Shown in pieces: positions 58,747-64,000 of a DNA stretch of 64,000 nt. The position numbers and the translations under genes were made by a program. This DNA is from Nitrospinaceae bacterium (GTDB taxonomy: Bacteria; Nitrospinota; Nitrospinia; Nitrospinales; Nitrospinaceae). Below the pieces are notes generated by a model. That model saw only the letters and a list, made by a program, of their open reading frames with translations. It had not been told where the DNA came from and made no database searches. Each line of letters starts with the position of its first letter. Position 1 is the first letter of the stretch. The DNA lies in NCBI GenBank assembly GCA_965223665.1, contig OZ245011.1, forward strand, positions 1,120,001 to 1,184,000, given 5' to 3'.

Positions 58747-59997
58747 CTAAGAATAAAGCATGACTATGGAGTCTTCAGCAACTCCTTTATTTATCAATTC
58801 TTCTTTTATTTGATTTCGCCAAGCAAATGAAGAAATTAAAACAAGAAATTCGTTAGGCCCCATGGATGAAAAGGGAATTTCATCAGGAAGCAATACTGGT
58901 ATTCCATGAATCCTAGTACCTTGCTTCAGCTTATCTTTATCTAATATCAAAAATTGTCTTTCTTTTTGAAATAACCTCGTAAATAAAGAAAGGTACTCTG
59001 TATGATGTCCTGCACCCCAAATTATGATCTTTTTATCCTTGGAGAAACTTGAAACTATTTTTGCAACCTTTTGTGAACTCTCTCTCCATACTTTTAGGTA
59101 ACTATCCGTGATTTTATTTTCATTTTCTATTTCTTCGCGATTGGGAAAGTTAAGTTTTTTTGAACTTGGTTTAGCCACCACCCGAAACCCATTCCCAACA
59201 TGATCATACTCATAAATAATTTCCCAACCTGCTCCCAATAACATTCTTTTTAAAGAGTTTTTGCTGAAATGCACAAAATGGGAAATTGAAAAAAAACCAC
59301 ATAAATCTTTCCCCTGAGTTTCTATAGCTCTATCAATAGTAGGGACTTCCACTAATAGATAACTATCTCCCTTCATCAATTCATTAAGTTTTTCTAAAAA
59401 ATATAAAGGATGAGAAATATGTTCTAAAACATGAAATAAAGAAACGAGGTCTGGATTGAGAGTATTCAGCGCCAACTCAAAATCATTTTCCCAAAACTGA
59501 ATATGGGGAGATAATAACCTGGCCCTTTCAACCATACCCTTGTCGATTTCCACCCCGGCACATTTTATATGGCTTGGAAAATTTTTGAGAAATTGACCTT
59601 CGCCACAACCAATATCGACAACACTTTTAATATCAGGTAAAAATTTTTTTACCCAACTTACTCGTTCCTGGGGATCGCAATATCCATAACTTTTTCCTGC
59701 TTTTTCGAACAAATAGGCTATACCCTTTTCAGTGAACCATGGATTGGAATAAATTAAACCACAAACATCACAGGTAACTACCTGAAGGGTAATTCGATTT
59801 TTTCCTTCTTTATCTTCGAAAAATTGAAAATCTGAAAATGAAATAAGCTCCTCAAAAGAATTTTTTGAGCAATAAGGGCAATTTACTTTTTCTTGAAGAA
59901 TGAAGGGTGAGCTTTTCGCCTTTAAACGATTATAAAAAGCCCAAGGCAAACCATTTTCATTTTTTGGGGGCTTGAGTTCAAAATCCAGAATAGCCAT
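58747..59997 (-). CDS. Class I SAM-dependent methyltransferase with N-terminal Zn finger and C-terminal Rossmann-like domain (sugar-modifying type)
   Basis: CPYC...CDVC; VVDIGCGEG; LFHVLEH; IIIWGAG. Confidence 0.85.
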   Translation of the reverse strand: MAILDFELKPPKNENGLPWAFYNRLKAKSSPFILQEKVNCPYCSKNSFEELISFSDFQFFEDKEGKNRITLQVVTCDVCGLIYSNPWFTEKGIAYLFEKAGKSYGYCDPQERVSWVKKFLPDIKSVVDIGCGEGQFLKNFPSHIKCAGVEIDKGMVERARLLSPHIQFWENDFELALNTLNPDLVSLFHVLEHISHPLYFLEKLNELMKGDSYLLVEVPTIDRAIETQGKDLCGFFSISHFVHFSKNSLKRMLLGAGWEIIYEYDHVGNGFRVVAKPSSKKLNFPNREEIENENKITDSYLKVWRESSQKVAKIVSSFSKDKKIIIWGAGHHTEYLSLFTRLFQKERQFLILDKDKLKQGTRIHGIPVLLPDEIPFSSMGPNEFLVLISSFAWRNQIKEELINKGVAEDSIVMLYS

Positions 59998-60070
59998 ACT
60001 ACATTTATCGAAATAATTTGAGGAAAACTAAAATGTATTGCTATTCCTTATAATCAAGTCACAATTTAAC

Positions 60071-60844
60071 TTATGCAACTTTCTTTTGGGTAAACCAATA
60101 GGGAATACTCACAAAAACCATTCCTCCCACCATATTCCCCAGAGTAACCCAAAATAAATTAAATCCCATTCCGCTAATGGAAATTTCTGCACCATGAGGT
60201 AATAACAGTCCAATGCTTAAAAGTGTCATATTTGCCACACAATGCTCAAATCCACTAGCGATAAAGGCAAATAGACACCAAAAAATCAAGATCAATTTGG
60301 CAACGTCACTTTGAGTTCTTCCACATACCCAAATCGCCAGGCACACCAACCAATTACATAATATGCCTCGGAAAAATAATTCATTGTATTCAGCATTCAT
60401 TTTTGAATAACTATATTTAAGAATTAAGTCCTTTGATGCATCCACAAAGCTATTTGCCTGGACAACAAATTCTGCCAACAAAAATGATCCAGCTAGATTT
60501 CCGAAGAAACAGACCAATGACAACGTCAACAACTCATTTCTAGTAATAGTTCCATTTAATCTTCCCATAAGACCTACCAGATTATTACCCGTAAATAATT
60601 CTGACCCAGCAAATACGACAAGACTTAAAGCAATCCCAAAACTTGCACCCATAATAACTTTTGAAAAAATTCCCTGACCAAAACTTTGGACGGGTCCTCC
60701 AATAGAAAAAATAAGCACAATCCCAAAACCTACGTAAGCTCCTGCCAGCATAGAAAGAAAAAAATAACCCACTGGAGTTTCTTTCATTAATTGAACCTTT
60801 TTATATGCCAATTCCGACATTTTCTGTGTTTCTTGCAAAAACAT
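60071..60844 (-). CDS. nirC: Formate/nitrite transporter (NirC)
   Basis: AGSELFTGN, GILCNWLVCLA, GFEHCVANM, VTLGNMVGG; directly downstream of nirA. Confidence 0.93.
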   Translation of the reverse strand: MFLQETQKMSELAYKKVQLMKETPVGYFFLSMLAGAYVGFGIVLIFSIGGPVQSFGQGIFSKVIMGASFGIALSLVVFAGSELFTGNNLVGLMGRLNGTITRNELLTLSLVCFFGNLAGSFLLAEFVVQANSFVDASKDLILKYSYSKMNAEYNELFFRGILCNWLVCLAIWVCGRTQSDVAKLILIFWCLFAFIASGFEHCVANMTLLSIGLLLPHGAEISISGMGFNLFWVTLGNMVGGMVFVSIPYWFTQKKVA

Positions 60845-60880
60845 AATTTCCTCAATTTAAGGAGTTGAAGATAATTACCA

Positions 60881-62455
60881 TCAATTTTCTAACAAGGGTG
60901 CCATTGGTTTGGAAACGTCTTCAGGCTTTTTATGCTTTTTAGCTTCGCGTTTTTTAACTATTGGATGGATCTTTTTTCTTGCATGATAAGGAACTATTGA
61001 TTCGAGAACTTTTGACAAACTACTACAAGGAACATTTTCCATTATTTTTGTTGATTCTTTTGGATAAGGCCCCGATCTACCTCCCACAAATATATCCACA
61101 GCGTCCACAATTTCTTTTCCAATTTTCACTCGTTTTCCTAACAAACCAATATCAGCAACCAAATGATTTCCGCAACCCGCCGAACACCCTGACCAGTGCA
61201 TGGACAGGGGTTCTACCTTTTCCAAAGTTCTTTCTAGTTTTCTGGCCACTTCCACAGCACGTTCTTTGGTTTCGATAGTTGCTAAACCACAATAATCAAT
61301 TCCTACACAACTCACCAGGTTTTTCATAATCGAAGAGGGGGCATACAATAATTTTTTAAGCAAAGGTTCCTTAACCAGATCACCTAGAAAATCATCAGAA
61401 ACATTAGGAATAATTAGAGTTTGAGCCGGAGAAATTCTTATCTCTCCGTTTCCAAATTTTTCAGCTAAGGAAGCTAATTCACGTAACTCATCTGAGTTTA
61501 TTCGGCCCACTAATACTTTAAGCCCTACATAGTTTAGAGATTTTTGTTTTTGCCTAAATACTCCAATGTGCTCATTTACATTTTTTTCACGAGCATCAGT
61601 TCCAGCTGTTTCCAAGGTATAACCCAAACGATCGCATAAAACAGACCGAAAATATTTTTCTCCCCAATCCTCAACTAAAAATGCTAAACGATTTTGAGTT
61701 CTTACCTCTCGATTCCCGAATTCGTTATAAATACCAATAATTTCTAAACATACATCAATCAATTCTTCTGGTTTTATAAAAATATCTAAACAAGAAGCTA
61801 TTCGATAACCACCCGACCCTAATTTCCCACCCACTCTAACGTTAAAACCAACTATTTTTTCACTCATTGATTCTTTAAAAGCAGGAATAAACGCAAGGTC
61901 CTGAGTTTCTAAATGCAAACAATTCTCGGGACATCCACTTAAAGCAATATTTAATTTTCTCGGCAAATTTGTATATTTGGGATTCTTTAGAATACAGCTG
62001 TTTAATTTATCCAAAATGGGAAAGACATCCATCAGTTCTTTGGGAGCCAGCCCGGAAACAGGACAGCCAATTATATTTCTTACGTTATCCATACCTGTTT
62101 GCATTGAATTAAGCCCAACCATATCCAACAAATCATAAACAGCTGGCATGTTTTCAATTTTCAACCCTCTAATTTGAACTTGTTGTCTGGTAGTAATATC
62201 AATTGTGCCATTGCCATATTGCTTAGCAATATGGGCAACCATTTTAATTTGTTGAGTATTCGTAAATCCATTAGGAATCCTTACCCTTAGCATAAAATAT
62301 CCAGGAGTTGGTTTTCGTAAAAACAACCCATACCATTTCAACCTATGGATATCCTCTTCACTTATCGATTCCCAACCGTCTTTCGCAAATGATTCAAGCT
62401 CGTGAATAATTTGCAAAGGATCTTTCTCGGTTTTTATGATTTCAATTGAATTCAT
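60881..62455 (-). CDS. nirA: Ferredoxin--nitrite reductase (siroheme/4Fe-4S)
   Basis: Start re-called at ATG 62455; RLKWYGLF, ITTRQQVQIRG, GMDNVRN, NLPRK, CVGIDYC and SGCSAGCG. Confidence 0.93.
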   Translation of the reverse strand: MNSIEIIKTEKDPLQIIHELESFAKDGWESISEEDIHRLKWYGLFLRKPTPGYFMLRVRIPNGFTNTQQIKMVAHIAKQYGNGTIDITTRQQVQIRGLKIENMPAVYDLLDMVGLNSMQTGMDNVRNIIGCPVSGLAPKELMDVFPILDKLNSCILKNPKYTNLPRKLNIALSGCPENCLHLETQDLAFIPAFKESMSEKIVGFNVRVGGKLGSGGYRIASCLDIFIKPEELIDVCLEIIGIYNEFGNREVRTQNRLAFLVEDWGEKYFRSVLCDRLGYTLETAGTDAREKNVNEHIGVFRQKQKSLNYVGLKVLVGRINSDELRELASLAEKFGNGEIRISPAQTLIIPNVSDDFLGDLVKEPLLKKLLYAPSSIMKNLVSCVGIDYCGLATIETKERAVEVARKLERTLEKVEPLSMHWSGCSAGCGNHLVADIGLLGKRVKIGKEIVDAVDIFVGGRSGPYPKESTKIMENVPCSSLSKVLESIVPYHARKKIHPIVKKREAKKHKKPEDVSKPMAPLLEN

Positions 62456-62492
62456 TCCTAATTTCCATGGCAAACAATAAAACAGTCTACAA

Positions 62493-62649
62493 AGCAATAT
62501 CCATTCCAAGATTTAAATTTGGAATCAAAATTCTTAAATAACCCAATTCTTAGATGTAAACACTTTAATTGTTAGGTTTAGGTTTGATTTCAGGACAACA
62601 GTTTTGCTTCATTTTTATTCAACTGAGATCCATAGTGACTAATAATGCA
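62493..62649 (-). promoter_or_regulatory. Candidate sigma54 promoter with weak NtrC-like upstream sites for nirA-nirC
   Basis: TGGAATG-GATA-TTGCT at 62508-62493; TGCTTCATTTTTATTCA at 62605-62621 and a half site ending TGCA at 62649. Confidence 0.6.
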
Positions 62650-62714
62650 TCAAAAAAATTTAACTTTTGAATAGGCTTGGAAGTATGAAAGGAAAAACAT
62701 TGGGAAAGAAATGT

Positions 62715-63362
62715 TTAGTTATTTAATTGAATAACAAAAAACATATTGGCATATATATCAATATTGTAGTTTCTTTTATCTGCCAATTTGGACAAAGAGT
62801 TGTTGCAAAAGAAATTTACATGGGTGGGGTCGTCTTTATACCACCAAGCATTGAAGCTCTCGATTTCAGCCGGTGTATTTATAAATGGATTCGTAAGTAA
62901 TGTGGAAAATACCATTATCCCATCATGAGTAAGTACTTTCTCAATTTCACCTAATTCTTGAAAAAGGTTTGGAATATGCTCAATCACTTCATATCCAAAA
63001 ACAACATCAAATTTTTGATTGTACTTTTGATCCTTTAAAAATCCGTGAATCATAGGTTCTAGAGGAGTCACATTTAATCCTCTTCCTTGTAATTCTCGTG
63101 TCAAGTCTCCCGAACCTGAACCAAAATCCAAAATTGAGTTCGCATTATTATAATTGGAAGCGAGTTTCAATAATACCTCTGCCTTATTTTTCCAACCTGA
63201 TGGATCGCTTGTTCCCCATTGGTCTTTATAGTGAATATCTTCTTCCTCTCTTTCTAATAGACATTCAGAAAAAATAAAAGAGCAGTCAGGACATTTATAA
63301 AAGTCCCGATCTTTTTTATAGAATAAAACTGAAGGCTTTTCACAAATTTTACAGGAAGTCAT
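62715..63362 (-). CDS. Class I SAM-dependent methyltransferase with N-terminal Zn ribbon
   Basis: CKIC...CPDC; LDFGSGSG; EVIEH; WWYKDDPTHVNFF. Confidence 0.88.
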   Translation of the reverse strand: MTSCKICEKPSVLFYKKDRDFYKCPDCSFIFSECLLEREEEDIHYKDQWGTSDPSGWKNKAEVLLKLASNYNNANSILDFGSGSGDLTRELQGRGLNVTPLEPMIHGFLKDQKYNQKFDVVFGYEVIEHIPNLFQELGEIEKVLTHDGIMVFSTLLTNPFINTPAEIESFNAWWYKDDPTHVNFFCNNSLSKLADKRNYNIDIYANMFFVIQLNN

Positions 63363-63657
63363 AACTTTAATTCTTAGGTTTTTTACTTATTAATTAAATA
63401 TCGGGTTTTTTCAAATTTTCCTCAGCTTTTATTGAAATTTTTCTAATTTTTCTAATTTAAAAACACTCTATTAAATAACCATAAAAAGTGGCAAAAACGG
63501 TTAACATCCTTTAACCTGTAAAAATGGAAGAAGTATCTATTATTGCTTTTATAAAAACTTAGCTCTCAATTGAAATAGTTCTTTTGGAATAGTGCTTGGA
63601 AAAATCATTTAAAATTGGGAAATTATTTAATTAATCCTTTCCAGAGCTCCCTAAATA

Positions 63658-64000
63658 ATGAGAAAAATTAAAGTATTAGTTGTAGATGACGCGGTGGTAG
63701 TAAGAAAAATAGTTTCTGACACCTTAATGAACGACCCAGATATTGAAGTTTCAGGTGTTGCGGCCAATGGGAAAATTGCCTTACAACGCATTCCACAAAT
63801 CAATCCTGATTTAGTCACTTTAGATGTAGAAATGCCGGAAATGAATGGCATAGAAACTCTAAAAAATATAAGGGCGGATTATCCTTCCCTACCCGTTATT
63901 ATGTTCAGCACTTTAACTGAGCGTGGTGCCTCTACAACGTTAGAAGCTTTATCATTAGGGGCAACAGATTATGTAACAAAACCTGCTAATGTAGGTAGCG
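63658..64000 (+). CDS. cheB: Chemotaxis methylesterase CheB, N-terminal receiver domain (partial, runs off the window)
   Basis: Not in the ORF track. [38 protein letters not shown]...[15 protein letters not shown]...[31 protein letters not shown]. Confidence 0.93.
   Translation, partial: MRKIKVLVVDDAVVVRKIVSDTLMNDPDIEVSGVAANGKIALQRIPQINPDLVTLDVEMPEMNGIETLKNIRADYPSLPVIMFSTLTERGASTTLEALSLGATDYVTKPANVGS

Noticed and set aside
63651-63851. 66-aa minus-strand ORF
   Set aside because: Antisense shadow of cheB.

Overview
AT-rich chromosomal window from a motile, flagellated Gram-negative bacterium. The gene content (assimilatory nirA plus a NirC nitrite channel, monomeric NADP-IDH, pentapeptide protein, enlarged minor pilins) is consistent with a marine nitrite oxidiser such as Nitrospinota; this is inference, not a database result. 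Core genes are polA, kdsD, alaS, tRNA-Arg(CCG), icd and a stand-alone dnaE2. Surface and secreted genes include a >2,930-aa TpsA/filamentous-haemagglutinin adhesin on the minus strand that runs off the window start and is missing from the ORF track (TPS domain, 12 FG-GAP blades, beta-helix, MBG repeats), a short/long pair of tailspike-like beta-helix proteins (one on a 12x HYR stalk) and a fimT-pilV-pilX-pilW cluster with no pilY1. Signalling genes include a hybrid kinase, two MCPs (one Aer2-like heme-PAS), a FixL-type heme-PAS diguanylate cyclase divergent from a REC-HEAT-GT2 operon, and a partial cheB. The best candidate for an undescribed system is a leaderless three-gene cassette at 24607-26654: a Gly-rich fibre with an intramolecular-chaperone-like C-terminus, a metzincin protease and a HEAT-repeat protein. 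Other leads are an orphan NHLP-leader-like protein, a sigma28-driven 49-aa membrane protein, two related anti-Shine-Dalgarno RNA elements, a WbqC gene that appears to start at ATC, and several sigma54 promoters. No CRISPR array, rRNA, transposase or integrase was seen.
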